Shown here: positions 55,028-64,000 of the stretch, piece by piece
Layout of the letters: each line of letters opens with the position of its first letter
Position numbering within the stretch: the first letter of the stretch is position 1
From: an uncultured Bacteroidota bacterium
Lineage (GTDB): Bacteria > CLD3 > SB21
NCBI GenBank assembly: GCA_964415295.1
Contig: CAYPYN010000005.1
Coordinates: 251,321-315,320 of the forward strand
Length of the DNA stretch: 64,000 bases
Direction of reading: 5' to 3'
Position numbers and translations under genes: made by a program
The notes under the pieces: generated by a model
Database searches by the model: none
Told to the model about the DNA's origin: nothing
The model's input: only the letters and a program-made list of their open reading frames with translations

Positions 55028-55879
55028 CTATGCTGATTTTCTTTTTGCTTTCGGTTTGACCTCTGCCGCTTCCTGCTTTTCGCCCTTGGCTTTTTCCATA
55101 GGCTTTTTCTGCGCTTTGGCCTGTTCAATACTCTGTTTTAGTGCGGTCATGATATCAACAACCGGCTTTTCTTCCTCCGCAACGGTCACAACTTCTTTCC
55201 CGGCGATCTTCGCCTCGATCATCTCGCGCAAGGCTTCGTGGTAATGATCGGTTAGGTCCAGCTCCTTCATTTCCGTACTCATCGATTCCACGAGGTTCAG
55301 CGCAAGCTTGAGCTCGTCTTTATTGATCTTGATCTCTTCGATCTGCGGAACATTATCGATCTTTCTGACTTCGTTGGGGTTGCGAAGCTTGTGCAATAGC
55401 AGGCCTTTTCCATGCGGAGCGATCATGATCACGTCCTCGCGGTCGCGCAGGACAACTTTTCCTATACCAACTTTGCCGCTTTGTTTCAGTGTTTCCGCCA
55501 AAAGGGCGTACGTCTTGGCCGCTACCATGCCGTCCGGACCGGCAAAGTAAGGCGATTCGTAGAGGGTTTCATGAACTTCGCTCGCATCAATGAAACCAGT
55601 GATCTCTATGATACGCGTGCTCTTCAGTTTGATCTTCTCAAGATCCTCGGGCTGCACTATGACATATTGTTCCGGTTCGTATTGATAACCTTTTACGATC
55701 TCGTCGGTGGACAGCGTTTTGTTGCATTTCTTGCAGCGTTTGTCGTATCCGACGGGCCCGTGATCTTCTTTATGGAGTTGGTTAAAACTGATCTTCTGAT
55801 CGGAATCCACCGCGTTATAAATGCGGATCGGGATTGTGACCAGAGAAAAGCGGATATGACCCTTCCATATCGCTCTCAT
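55028..55879 (-). CDS. ku: Non-homologous end joining protein Ku
   Basis: Start MRAIWKGHIRFSLVTIPIR.Y.A after GAGGTG; IVKGYQYE...YV.V..EDLE.I, K.Y.LL..TL..SGKVGIGK.V.R.RE, VVDIM.ALK.S plus a basic tail. Confidence 0.97.
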   Translation of the reverse strand: MRAIWKGHIRFSLVTIPIRIYNAVDSDQKISFNQLHKEDHGPVGYDKRCKKCNKTLSTDEIVKGYQYEPEQYVIVQPEDLEKIKLKSTRIIEITGFIDASEVHETLYESPYFAGPDGMVAAKTYALLAETLKQSGKVGIGKVVLRDREDVIMIAPHGKGLLLHKLRNPNEVRKIDNVPQIEEIKINKDELKLALNLVESMSTEMKELDLTDHYHEALREMIEAKIAGKEVVTVAEEEKPVVDIMTALKQSIEQAKAQKKPMEKAKGEKQEAAEVKPKAKRKSA

Positions 55880-55993
55880 AAAAACACCTCTATGATTTTT
55901 TGTGTACCCAAATGTAAGGCAGAGGCTAAGAAAAGTCCAGTAAAAATAATGACTAAAGTAACACTTTTCACAAACTTTCAACCGGAGAATTTG

Positions 55994-58318
55994 TCACATA
56001 TCTTCGCGCAGTCTCAAAAAAACCGGTTCGCGCAACATGCCATCTTTTGTGAATGAAGCATACTGAACTTCGCAAACCAGTTTAGGTTCGATCCATGTTG
56101 TGACTTTTTCGTCGAGCGGTTTTTCCTGGATAGGTTTTTTGATGGTCGGAACATCGAGAAGTTGGTCATGAATGGATTTAAGCAATTTATCATCAAAACC
56201 GGTTCCTACCTTACCCAAATAGCGTAGTCCGGTTTCAGTCTTCTCTGCAATATGCAAGGCGCCGAAAGTGGTCTTGCGGTCCCCTTTGCCTTGCGTATAA
56301 CCAATGATCAACACGTCCATTGTTTGCCGTGTTTTGATCTTAAGCCAATGGTCAGACCTTTTGCCGGGAAGATACGAACTGTTTTTTCTTTTGGCCATGA
56401 TACCTTCGAGCCCGAGTTGTTTAGCCGCTTCAAAAAGTTCTTTTCCTTCATCGACCATTTCACTTACACGGTACGAGGAGTCTTTTTTGATCACGTCGTT
56501 CAGCCAGGAACGCCGACGCTCCAGAGGTTCGTGTATGACCGGCCGTCCATCGAGATATAGGAGATCAAACACATAACAGACGGCCGGAAATTTGGCCTTT
56601 GCCCGGGCAATAGAGTTTTCTCCTTTTTGCTGCATGCGATGGATCACATGCTTGAATATCGGTTTTCCCGCTTCATCGAGACAGACGATCTCCCCGTCAA
56701 AGAGCGCCCCGCTGACACGAAAAGACTCCGGGATGGTTAGTTCTGGAAACTGCGACGTAATATCCATTCGATTTCGGCTGTGAATTTTCACGGCGCCTTC
56801 ATCCACCGATATCAACGCGCGTATGCCGTCCCATTTGACCTCAAAACCATAGTCTCCGGATCCTGGAACGTCACTTCCGAGTTCAGCAAGCATGGGTTCG
56901 ATAGGATCCTGAAGCCAATCTATTTGCGGAGTATCTACGCGTTCCAGCAGCCACTGATTATCTTTCATGAGATGAGTACGATACTCGGCATTGATCTCAC
57001 GGCTGTGCAGGCGGAAATAGAACCCGTTTTTCTTTTCTTTCGTGATTTGGTACTTACCGGTCGCGTACACCCACATCTGCCCACCGCCATACTCGCCCTT
57101 GGGGATGGCACCTTCGAAATTCAGGTATTCAAGCGGGTGGTCTTCAGTCGCAACCGCTAGACGTTTGACCCCCGGCCTCGGCGGCATCCCTTTGGGAACG
57201 GCCCATGACTTGAGTACACCGTCTTTTTCGAGCCGCAGATCATAATGCAGTCGCGAGGCGTGATGCCTATGAATGACAAAAGCGGATCCTTCACCTGAAA
57301 TCAGTTCGGGCTTTGGTTCCGGTGTTTTGTCAAAACTTCTTTTTTTAGAATAGGTTTCCAATTGTTCCGGCGTTTTCCGTTTCCCGGAAGCTTTCAGCTC
57401 CTTTTTGACCACCGCTTTTTCTTTACGATGTGAGTGCAATTCCACCGCATACGCGGCCATGGTTTCCCAGGGATCGCCGCCGGATAAGACTTTTTTTGGA
57501 ACGGAGTGCACATTCCATTCAACCGGGTTTTGCGTTTGCTCCAATTCCTCCCAGGTCAGCGGCGTCGAGACCGGCGCTCCGGGAAGTCCGCGAACGCTGT
57601 AGGCGGCAACGGTCGTCTGGCCTGGCCGGATGCGGAAAATGTCGATCAGAACGCGCCCTTTGCGGTATTCTTTTTGAATGTGAAGCGTTGTTCGGGACGA
57701 GTTTTTTTCCACAAAGGGTTGAACCAGCGCCTTCGCCGCTTCGAAAACGTCTTCAAAAGTGTGATTAGCTTCAATGGGCATGACCAGATGCAGGCCCTTC
57801 CGGCCTGTTGTCTTTACGAACGGAAAATACCCAAATGATTCGATGTGTGGTTTGAGGTCAAATGCCAGTTCCACGACATTCGGAAACGGGTAACCGTCCG
57901 GCGGATCGAGATCGAGAACCATATAATCCGGTTTGTCATAATGCGGACCCCGTGCGTGCATCTGGTGAAGTTCGATGCAGGCCAGATTAGCCAGCCAAAC
58001 CAGCGACGCTTCTTCGGTCGCGATCACATATTCTTTCTTTTCTTCACCGCTTCCTAGTTTCACCGACTCCAGCCAGTCCGGCGCCCAATCCGGCTTGTTT
58101 TTCTGAAAGAACATTTCCCCGTTTATCCCATCCGGGTAGCGAACAAGGGACAATGGGCGGCCTTTGAGATGGGAGAGAATGGTCGGAGCGAGTTTCAGAT
58201 AATACTCTACCAGCTCCGCTTTGACGATATGGTCATCGGGATACAGAACTTTGTCGAGGTTGGAAAGTTCAAACGTGCGTTTGCCAACCTGAACTCTGTG
58301 CGCTTTGCGGGAGGGCAT
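55994..58318 (-). CDS. ligD: DNA ligase D in polymerase - 3'-phosphoesterase - ATP-dependent ligase order
   Basis: POL: SNLDKVLYP...K.ELVEYY, R.P.G..G..FFQK, DLDP, KTTG.KGLH. PE: Y.KKR.F.KTPEP, FVI.RH.ASRLHYDLRLE..GVLKSWAVPKG, EDHP..Y..FEG.IP.GEYGGG. LIG: EVKWDG.R, EGIMAKR..S.Y.PG.RS..WLKIK. Confidence 0.96.
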   Translation of the reverse strand: MPSRKAHRVQVGKRTFELSNLDKVLYPDDHIVKAELVEYYLKLAPTILSHLKGRPLSLVRYPDGINGEMFFQKNKPDWAPDWLESVKLGSGEEKKEYVIATEEASLVWLANLACIELHQMHARGPHYDKPDYMVLDLDPPDGYPFPNVVELAFDLKPHIESFGYFPFVKTTGRKGLHLVMPIEANHTFEDVFEAAKALVQPFVEKNSSRTTLHIQKEYRKGRVLIDIFRIRPGQTTVAAYSVRGLPGAPVSTPLTWEELEQTQNPVEWNVHSVPKKVLSGGDPWETMAAYAVELHSHRKEKAVVKKELKASGKRKTPEQLETYSKKRSFDKTPEPKPELISGEGSAFVIHRHHASRLHYDLRLEKDGVLKSWAVPKGMPPRPGVKRLAVATEDHPLEYLNFEGAIPKGEYGGGQMWVYATGKYQITKEKKNGFYFRLHSREINAEYRTHLMKDNQWLLERVDTPQIDWLQDPIEPMLAELGSDVPGSGDYGFEVKWDGIRALISVDEGAVKIHSRNRMDITSQFPELTIPESFRVSGALFDGEIVCLDEAGKPIFKHVIHRMQQKGENSIARAKAKFPAVCYVFDLLYLDGRPVIHEPLERRRSWLNDVIKKDSSYRVSEMVDEGKELFEAAKQLGLEGIMAKRKNSSYLPGKRSDHWLKIKTRQTMDVLIIGYTQGKGDRKTTFGALHIAEKTETGLRYLGKVGTGFDDKLLKSIHDQLLDVPTIKKPIQEKPLDEKVTTWIEPKLVCEVQYASFTKDGMLREPVFLRLREDM

Positions 58319-58323
58319 AGAGG

Positions 58324-58352
58324 AACATAAGAACAGAAATGAATATATGCAA
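58324..58352 (-). promoter_or_regulatory. Sigma70-type promoter immediately before ligD, possibly leaderless
   Basis: Minus strand TTGCAT-N17-TATGTT followed by only 5 nt before ATG 58318; no SD sequence. Confidence 0.45.
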
Positions 58353-58375
58353 ATTTGTGTAAACCCGTGGGTTTT

Positions 58376-59761
58376 TCACCTCACATACACCGTCTTGACA
58401 TTAACAAATTCACGGATTCCGAATACCGACAACTCTCTGCCGTATCCGGACATCTTCGTTCCCCCAAAAGGCAGGCGCGGATCGGATTTCACATACGCAT
58501 TGACAAAACACGAACCGGCTTGAAGAAGATGTTTGGCTATGTATTCTCCCATCTCTATATCACTCGTAAATATAGCCGCGCCAAGTCCATAGATCGTATC
58601 ATTGGCCGTTCGAACGGCCTCCCTTTCGTCCTTGACCGATATGATGGACGCAACCGGACCAAAAATTTCTTCAGAATAGGCAGGCATTCCTTTTTTGACA
58701 CCAGTCAATATCGTTGGCGGATAAAAGAATCCTTTCCCCTCGGGAATTTTTCCTCCACACAGAAGTTTGGCGCCTTTTGAAACACTGCCTTCAACCTGTG
58801 CATGCAGTTGGTCCCGAAGATCTTTTCTTGCGATCGGCCCGATATCAAAATTTCCAGTAAGCGGATCTCCAAATGTTATTTTGCTGAATCGTTCCAAAAG
58901 CTTCTCTTCAAATTGCCACCGGACGGACTCGATGACAATGTATCTCTTTGCGGCAATACAGCTCTGACCACTATTGATCATTCGCCCGGTCACGCAGGAA
59001 TCAACGGTCTTGTCGAGATCGGCATCTTCGAGAATGATATAGGGATCGCTCCCACCAAGCTCCATCACTGTTTTTTTCAGATTTTTTCCTGCCACAGCGG
59101 CTACGGAACTGCCGGCACGAGTACTTCCGGTCAAAGTAACCCCGCTGATAAAAGGGTGTTCGATCAACTTGGCAATGGTATCCGGCTGCAATTTTAGGAT
59201 CAGAAATACGCCGGATGGCAATCCTGCTTCTTTTAGAAGCTTCTCAATGGCTAAGGCACAACCGGTGACATTGGGAGCATGTTTCAATAGACAAACATTC
59301 CCAGCCATGAGTGTTGGGGCCGCAAATCGTATGACCTGCCAGAACGGGAAGTTCCATGGCATGATGGCCAAGACTGCTCCCGAAGGCCTGAATGTTACGT
59401 AACTCTTGGTGGCATCCGTTTGAACGGGTTCATCAGAGAGTAGTTTTTCGCCGTTTTGTGCATAGTATTCACAAACCCAGGCGCATTTTTCGGCCTCCGC
59501 ATAAGCCTGAATGAGTGGTTTGCCCATCTCCAAAGACATGAGTTGTCCTAATTCTTCCTTTTTTGAGCGAAGAATTTGTGCGGATTTTCTGAGAATTGCC
59601 GATCTTTCCACAAAGCTTGTCTGACTCCATACTTTGAAAGACTGACGGGCGGTTTCTATGGCCGTTAAAGCCTCAGAATATGAGTTTTCTTCATAATTTT
59701 CAATTACTTGCTCATTGGATGGATTGAGCGATTTGAATGGAAAACCATTTGTAACTTCCAT
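58376..59761 (-). CDS. NAD(P)-dependent succinate-semialdehyde dehydrogenase (Sad/GabD1-type aldehyde dehydrogenase)
   Basis: EMGKP..QA..E.EKCA..C.YYA.N, LAIMPWNFP.WQV.RFAAP.LMAGN..LLKHA, LTGS..AG, MELGGSD, N.GQSCIAAKR, EE.FGPV, PFGG.K.SGYGRELS..GIREFVN.KT. Confidence 0.92.
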   Translation of the reverse strand: MEVTNGFPFKSLNPSNEQVIENYEENSYSEALTAIETARQSFKVWSQTSFVERSAILRKSAQILRSKKEELGQLMSLEMGKPLIQAYAEAEKCAWVCEYYAQNGEKLLSDEPVQTDATKSYVTFRPSGAVLAIMPWNFPFWQVIRFAAPTLMAGNVCLLKHAPNVTGCALAIEKLLKEAGLPSGVFLILKLQPDTIAKLIEHPFISGVTLTGSTRAGSSVAAVAGKNLKKTVMELGGSDPYIILEDADLDKTVDSCVTGRMINSGQSCIAAKRYIVIESVRWQFEEKLLERFSKITFGDPLTGNFDIGPIARKDLRDQLHAQVEGSVSKGAKLLCGGKIPEGKGFFYPPTILTGVKKGMPAYSEEIFGPVASIISVKDEREAVRTANDTIYGLGAAIFTSDIEMGEYIAKHLLQAGSCFVNAYVKSDPRLPFGGTKMSGYGRELSVFGIREFVNVKTVYVR

Positions 59762-59765
59762 AAAA

Positions 59766-61439
59766 TTAATCTCTGGTTAATTTCTTATACTTGATCCTGT
59801 GCGGTCTGTCAGCCTCAATACCCATTCTTTCTTTATAATTTTCATGATATTGCGTGAAGTTTCCGTCGAACCAACATACCTTGGAATCCCCCTCAAAAGC
59901 TAGAATGTGTGTGGCCACACGGTCCAAGAACCAGCGGTCGTGAGATATCACTACGGCACAACCGGCAAATTCCTGCAAAGCCTCTTCAAGGGCTCGGAGT
60001 GTATTCACATCAAGATCATTGGTAGGCTCATCCAAGAGCAGAACATTGGCGCCTTCCTTCAGCATTTTGGCTAAATGGACACGGTTTCGTTCTCCGCCTG
60101 AAAGCATGCTCACTTTTTTCTGCTGATCGCTGCCACTGAAATTGAACCGTGCCACATAGGCTCTTGAGTTAACTTCGCGGTTTCCGAGCATAATAACATC
60201 GTCCCCGCCAGATATTTCTTCCCAGATCGTTTTATTATTATCTAATGGTCTGTTTTGGTCGATATATCCCAACTTGACGGTTTCGCCGATCTTGATACTT
60301 CCCGAATCGGGCTTTTCGGAGCCGGTTATCATTCTGAAAAGAGTAGTCTTTCCTGCACCGTTAGGTCCGATCACACCAATAATACCTCCCGGAGGCAGTG
60401 AAAAGTTCATATCTTCATATAAAAGGTTGGAAGCATACGCCTTGGAAACCTTATTGGCCTCAATTACCATATTTCCGAGACGGGGTCCTGGAGGGATGTA
60501 GATCTCAATATCTTCATTCCTCTTTTCATTCTGTTCGCTCACCATTTTTTCATACGCCGCAATCCTTGCTTTGCTCTTGGCATGACGGCCTTTAGGATTC
60601 ATTCTAACCCATTCGAGCTCTTCGGCCAGGGCCTTTTGCCGTTTAGATTCTTGTTTCTCTTCGAGTTGCAGTCTGTTTTTCTTCTGCTCCAACCATGAAC
60701 TGTAATTGCCCTCAAAAGGTATTCCCTCACCGCGATCGAGTTCCAATATCCATCCGGCTACGTTGTCTAAGAAATATCTGTCGTGTGTAACGGCAATAAC
60801 AGTTCCTTTGTATTGAGCTAAATGCTGTTCTAGCCAGAAAACCGATTCGGCATCAAGGTGGTTGGTGGGTTCGTCCAGCAGAAGTACGTCAGGCTCCTGA
60901 AGCAAAAGCCGACACAAAGCCACGCGTCGCTTCTCACCCCCGGATAGGATCTTAACCGAGGCCTGACTATCCGGGCACCGGAGCGCATCCATCGCCATTT
61001 CCAGACGACTGTCCAGGTCCCACGCATTCCTGTGTTCGATCTCTTCCTGGAGTTTTCCCTGTTTTTCAAGAAGCTTGTCAAAATCGGCGTCCGGTTCGGC
61101 CATTTGCATAGAAACCGCTTCAAACTCCTTGAGCAAGTTGACCGTTTCCTGAACACCTTCTTCAACGATTTGTTTGACTGTTTTGTCAGGATCCAGCTCG
61201 GGTTCCTGAGGCAGATAACCAAACGTGATCCCTTTTTGTGCGGTAATCTCTCCTATATAATCTCTTTCGACTCCGGATATGATCTTTAGCAACGTGCTTT
61301 TTCCAGCTCCGTTAAGGCCGAGAACCCCGATCTTTGCTCCATAGAAAAAAGACAAATAGATGTCTTTGAGCACCTGCTTGTTTGGCTTGTGGATCTTGCC
61401 AACGCCAACCATTGAAAAAATGATTTTGTTATCCGCCAT
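59766..61439 (-). CDS. ettA: Energy-dependent translational throttle protein EttA (ABC-F)
   Basis: KQVLKDIYLSFFYGAKIGVLGLNGAGKSTLL, LSGGEKRRVALCRLLL, WLE.HL..Y.GTV.AVTHDRYFLDNVAGWILELDRG.GIP.EGNYSSWLEQK, PHRIKYKKL. Confidence 0.96.
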   Translation of the reverse strand: MADNKIIFSMVGVGKIHKPNKQVLKDIYLSFFYGAKIGVLGLNGAGKSTLLKIISGVERDYIGEITAQKGITFGYLPQEPELDPDKTVKQIVEEGVQETVNLLKEFEAVSMQMAEPDADFDKLLEKQGKLQEEIEHRNAWDLDSRLEMAMDALRCPDSQASVKILSGGEKRRVALCRLLLQEPDVLLLDEPTNHLDAESVFWLEQHLAQYKGTVIAVTHDRYFLDNVAGWILELDRGEGIPFEGNYSSWLEQKKNRLQLEEKQESKRQKALAEELEWVRMNPKGRHAKSKARIAAYEKMVSEQNEKRNEDIEIYIPPGPRLGNMVIEANKVSKAYASNLLYEDMNFSLPPGGIIGVIGPNGAGKTTLFRMITGSEKPDSGSIKIGETVKLGYIDQNRPLDNNKTIWEEISGGDDVIMLGNREVNSRAYVARFNFSGSDQQKKVSMLSGGERNRVHLAKMLKEGANVLLLDEPTNDLDVNTLRALEEALQEFAGCAVVISHDRWFLDRVATHILAFEGDSKVCWFDGNFTQYHENYKERMGIEADRPHRIKYKKLTRD

Positions 61440-61539
61440 GTTCTCCTTTAAGATTTTGTTAATTCATATTCTGCGAAAACCCGTGGAAAGCAAAATTAAC
61501 TTTTTCTATTGGAAATCGCAAGCATATAAAGAATTTTTC

Positions 61540-61587
61540 TTGACAAACGCCAAACCGGTTTGTATATTGTAACTAACCAACTGGTTA
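61540..61587 (+). promoter_or_regulatory. Sigma70 promoter with overlapping TetR-type palindromic operators
   Basis: TTGACA(61540-61545)-N17-TATATT(61563-61568); palindromes CAAACCGGTTTG (61551-61562) and TAACCA-AC-TGGTTA (61574-61587). Confidence 0.75.
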
Positions 61588-61626
61588 AATTTTCAAGTTC
61601 AACCAAATAATTAAACAAACAAACTA

Positions 61627-62244
61627 ATGATAAACAAAGTTTTAGAGTCTGAAACTGAAAACAACATTAAGGAAGCAGCAAGAAAGATTTTCCAAAGGCG
61701 CGGATATGACGGTGCGCGAATGCAGGATATAGCCGACGAAGCAAAGATCAACAAGGCCATGCTTCATTACTACTTCCGCAGCAAAGACCACCTCTTCGAG
61801 TCCGTTTTTCATGATGCCGCTATGAAACTTTTTCCGGTGATCACCACAATAATCGAATCCGATATGGAGTTGGATGAGAAGATCAAAAAACTTATCCATA
61901 ACTACATTGACTTTATCATCGCCAATCCGCATGTGCCTGGTTTTGTATTGCATGAACTCACCCAGAATCCGGATAGAATGAAGCAGTTTGTGGCCAGCAA
62001 CGTACTCATTCGCCCGCAAAAGTTTTTCGCTCAAATTCAGGACGGTGTAGCGGCGGGAAAATACATACCGATCTCACCTCTTCAGCTAATGGTTACTATT
62101 GTGGCTTCGTGTATTTTCCCTTTTGTGGCAAAACCCATGCTGCACACGCTTTTTGGTCTCGACCAGGATGCTTTCGATGCTTTCGTGGAACAACGCAAAG
62201 AACAAATGACATTATTCATTTTAAACGGATTGTACAAAAAATGA
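61627..62244 (+). CDS. TetR/AcrR family transcriptional regulator
   Basis: IKEAARKIF..RGYDGARMQDIA.EA.INKAMLHYYFRSKD.LF HTH. Confidence 0.95.
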   Translation: MINKVLESETENNIKEAARKIFQRRGYDGARMQDIADEAKINKAMLHYYFRSKDHLFESVFHDAAMKLFPVITTIIESDMELDEKIKKLIHNYIDFIIANPHVPGFVLHELTQNPDRMKQFVASNVLIRPQKFFAQIQDGVAAGKYIPISPLQLMVTIVASCIFPFVAKPMLHTLFGLDQDAFDAFVEQRKEQMTLFILNGLYKK

Positions 62245-63491
62245 AGCCCCTTTTCATATTGTGGATACTTTTCTCGTCGCCCGGCGATTCGTTGCGCCTG
62301 GAAGACTGTTATCGCATAGCTATGGAGAAGTTTCCCCTTTGTAAACAAATTCAAGCCTACGACCAAATCCTGGAATACAGGCTTAAGAACCTCAATTCGA
62401 AATATCTGCCGGAGCCGACGCTCACCGCTCAGACAACGTACCAGTCGCAAGTAACCGTATTTCCTGTCGCTCTGCCCACGGTAACCATTCCGCAGCAGCA
62501 TAAAGACGGATATCAAACTTCTCTGGTGACCAATCAGTTGGTTTACGATTTCGGGGTGATATCAAAACAAAAAGATATCGAAAGAGCTCAGGCCCTTTAC
62601 GACAAAAAGTCCGTTGAAGTGGAACTCAACAAGATCAAATCTCTGGTGAACGAAGCCTATTTTGGCGTTCTGATACTGCAGGAAAAGCAGAAATCCCTTC
62701 AGATCACGGAAAATGATATTCAGACCAAGCTTACTTCGATCCGTTCAAAGGTTAAGAACGGGACGAGTCTTCCAAGCAACGCGGATATCCTTGAGGCTGA
62801 ATTGCTGAAAATATCACAATTGAAGGCCGAAACCAAAGCCAACATTAGAGCTTCTTTGGAGACCATATCACAATTGTTAGAGCGTCCACTGGCGGAGAGC
62901 GTCGTGCTGACTATTCCGGAATTATCGCCAGACCGAAAAAGCGAGTTGGCGACTAAACGGCCGGAATATGCGGCGTTTGATCTTTCAAAAAAGAAAATTG
63001 ATCGTTCCATAGAACTTACCGGCCGGAAAAATCTTCCCAAGATCTCGGCGTTTTTGCAGCTTTCTTACGCCCGCCCTGGACTCAATGCGTTTGACAACAC
63101 ATTCCAGAAATATTACATCGCCGGGCTTCGCGCATCATGGACATTCTGGAACTGGAATACCGACGGCCGCGATAAGGAAATCCTCCGGCAGCAACGGTCG
63201 ATCATCGGGGCACAGGAAGAGGCTTTTACTCGAAATACCCGTATCGCGGCTCAAAGAAATCTATCCGAGATCGATAAATTGCGCGATCTGATCTCTTTGG
63301 ATACAGAGATCATAAGCCTCAGGAAAAAAGTGACGCAACAGTTATCCAGCCAGCTCGACAACGGGGTTGTCACTTCTTCGGAATACGTGAGCGAACTTAA
63401 TGCAGAACACCAGGCTTTACTCACGCTTGAAGTCCATAAGATCCAGCTTATCAAAGCTCAAAAGGACTATTTTATTACCATAGGAGAATAA
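62241..63491 (+). CDS. TolC-family outer membrane efflux protein
   Basis: Start MKPLFILW overlaps the tetR stop (ATGA); YLP..TL.AQ.TYQS, Q..YDFG, V...YF..L.LQE, LP..SAF....Y..PGLN.F, Q..NG..T...Y. Confidence 0.88.
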   Translation: MKPLFILWILFSSPGDSLRLEDCYRIAMEKFPLCKQIQAYDQILEYRLKNLNSKYLPEPTLTAQTTYQSQVTVFPVALPTVTIPQQHKDGYQTSLVTNQLVYDFGVISKQKDIERAQALYDKKSVEVELNKIKSLVNEAYFGVLILQEKQKSLQITENDIQTKLTSIRSKVKNGTSLPSNADILEAELLKISQLKAETKANIRASLETISQLLERPLAESVVLTIPELSPDRKSELATKRPEYAAFDLSKKKIDRSIELTGRKNLPKISAFLQLSYARPGLNAFDNTFQKYYIAGLRASWTFWNWNTDGRDKEILRQQRSIIGAQEEAFTRNTRIAAQRNLSEIDKLRDLISLDTEIISLRKKVTQQLSSQLDNGVVTSSEYVSELNAEHQALLTLEVHKIQLIKAQKDYFITIGE

Positions 63492-63494
63492 AAA

Positions 63495-64000
63495 GTGAAA
63501 AAGATTCTACTTCTGATTGCTTTGTTCGTTTTGAGTTGTTCAGGAAATGCGAACCGCTCAGATGCATACGGTAATTTTGAATCGACCGAGATTGTTGTTT
63601 CCACGGAAGCGGCCGGTAAACTGATACGTTTTGATGTCGAAGAAGGTGCCGTTCTGGAAGCGAAAAGCGTGGTTGGGTGTATTGATACAACCCAATTGGC
63701 GCTAAAACGGGAACAGTTGCTCGCTTCCCAACAAAGCGTTCGATCGAAATCGGCCAATATTCTCGCACAGATCGACGTGATCAAAGAACAGAAGAATGTG
63801 GCTTTGATCGAGAAACAGCGCCTGGAAAACCTGTTCAAAGAAAATGCCGCAACTCAAAAACAACTCGATGATGTGAACGGGCAAATGAATGTGCTGGAAA
63901 AGCAAATGGCCTCTATCGAAACGCAAAATGCCACTGTGCTCGCCGAGATCCGATCCCTGGAATCCCAGATCCTTCAGGTCAACGATCAGATCCTGAAAAG
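63495..64000 (+). CDS. HlyD/YbhG-type efflux periplasmic adaptor (lipoprotein); runs off the window
   Basis: Hand-translated from GTG 63495 after AGGAG: MKKILLLIALFVLSCSGNANRSDAYGNFESTEIVVSTEAAGKLIRFDVEEG...VG.IDTTQL.LKREQL..., then coiled coil. Confidence 0.88.
   Translation, partial: MKKILLLIALFVLSCSGNANRSDAYGNFESTEIVVSTEAAGKLIRFDVEEGAVLEAKSVVGCIDTTQLALKREQLLASQQSVRSKSANILAQIDVIKEQKNVALIEKQRLENLFKENAATQKQLDDVNGQMNVLEKQMASIETQNATVLAEIRSLESQILQVNDQILK

Noticed and set aside
1-64000. Prophage, IS transposase, integrase, tRNA/rRNA, CRISPR-Cas or anti-phage defence genes
   Set aside because: No hallmark motifs were recognised on either strand.

Overview
Bacterial chromosomal window, almost fully coding, with no rRNA, tRNA, CRISPR array, integrase or transposase detected. 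The lineage is inferred to be non-Bacteroidota FCB-group-like: a T9SS/FlgD-type C-terminal domain occurs alongside canonical GGAGG RBSs and TTGACA/TATAAT promoters. Order of contents: a rel (RelA/SpoT) gene running off the left edge; a 2123-aa mosaic secreted repeat protein behind a CsgG-like/PEGA gene; glmS; an ychF-aroB-LON_N-murJ-sigma54 response regulator run; an amidase, two DoxX genes and a GAF-PAS protein; htpG; an accessory block of secreted hydrolases (25-33 kb); purEK; a leuB-like gene with an ADP-heptose/LPS cluster; an M1 peptidase, rnr and lptG; an ettA-sad-ligD-ku-TPR run; and a TetR-TolC-HlyD efflux operon running off the right edge. Best leads: (1) a TPR protein directly downstream of ligD-ku (NHEJ) with two beta-clamp-binding-like motifs, QMNLF and QMSLF; (2) a candidate ~200-nt sRNA at 52.2-52.4 kb with a sigma54-like promoter, repeated AGGGU motifs and its own terminator; (3) four ECF-type promoters, (T/C)G(A/T)AAC-N16-CGT(A/T), in front of secreted hydrolases; (4) two paralogous unknown lipoproteins bracketing rnr-lptG; (5) a 32-aa membrane microprotein missed by the ORF track; (6) alternative RNA pairings in the glmS leader. 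All gene calls come from motif recognition by eye; no database searches were run.
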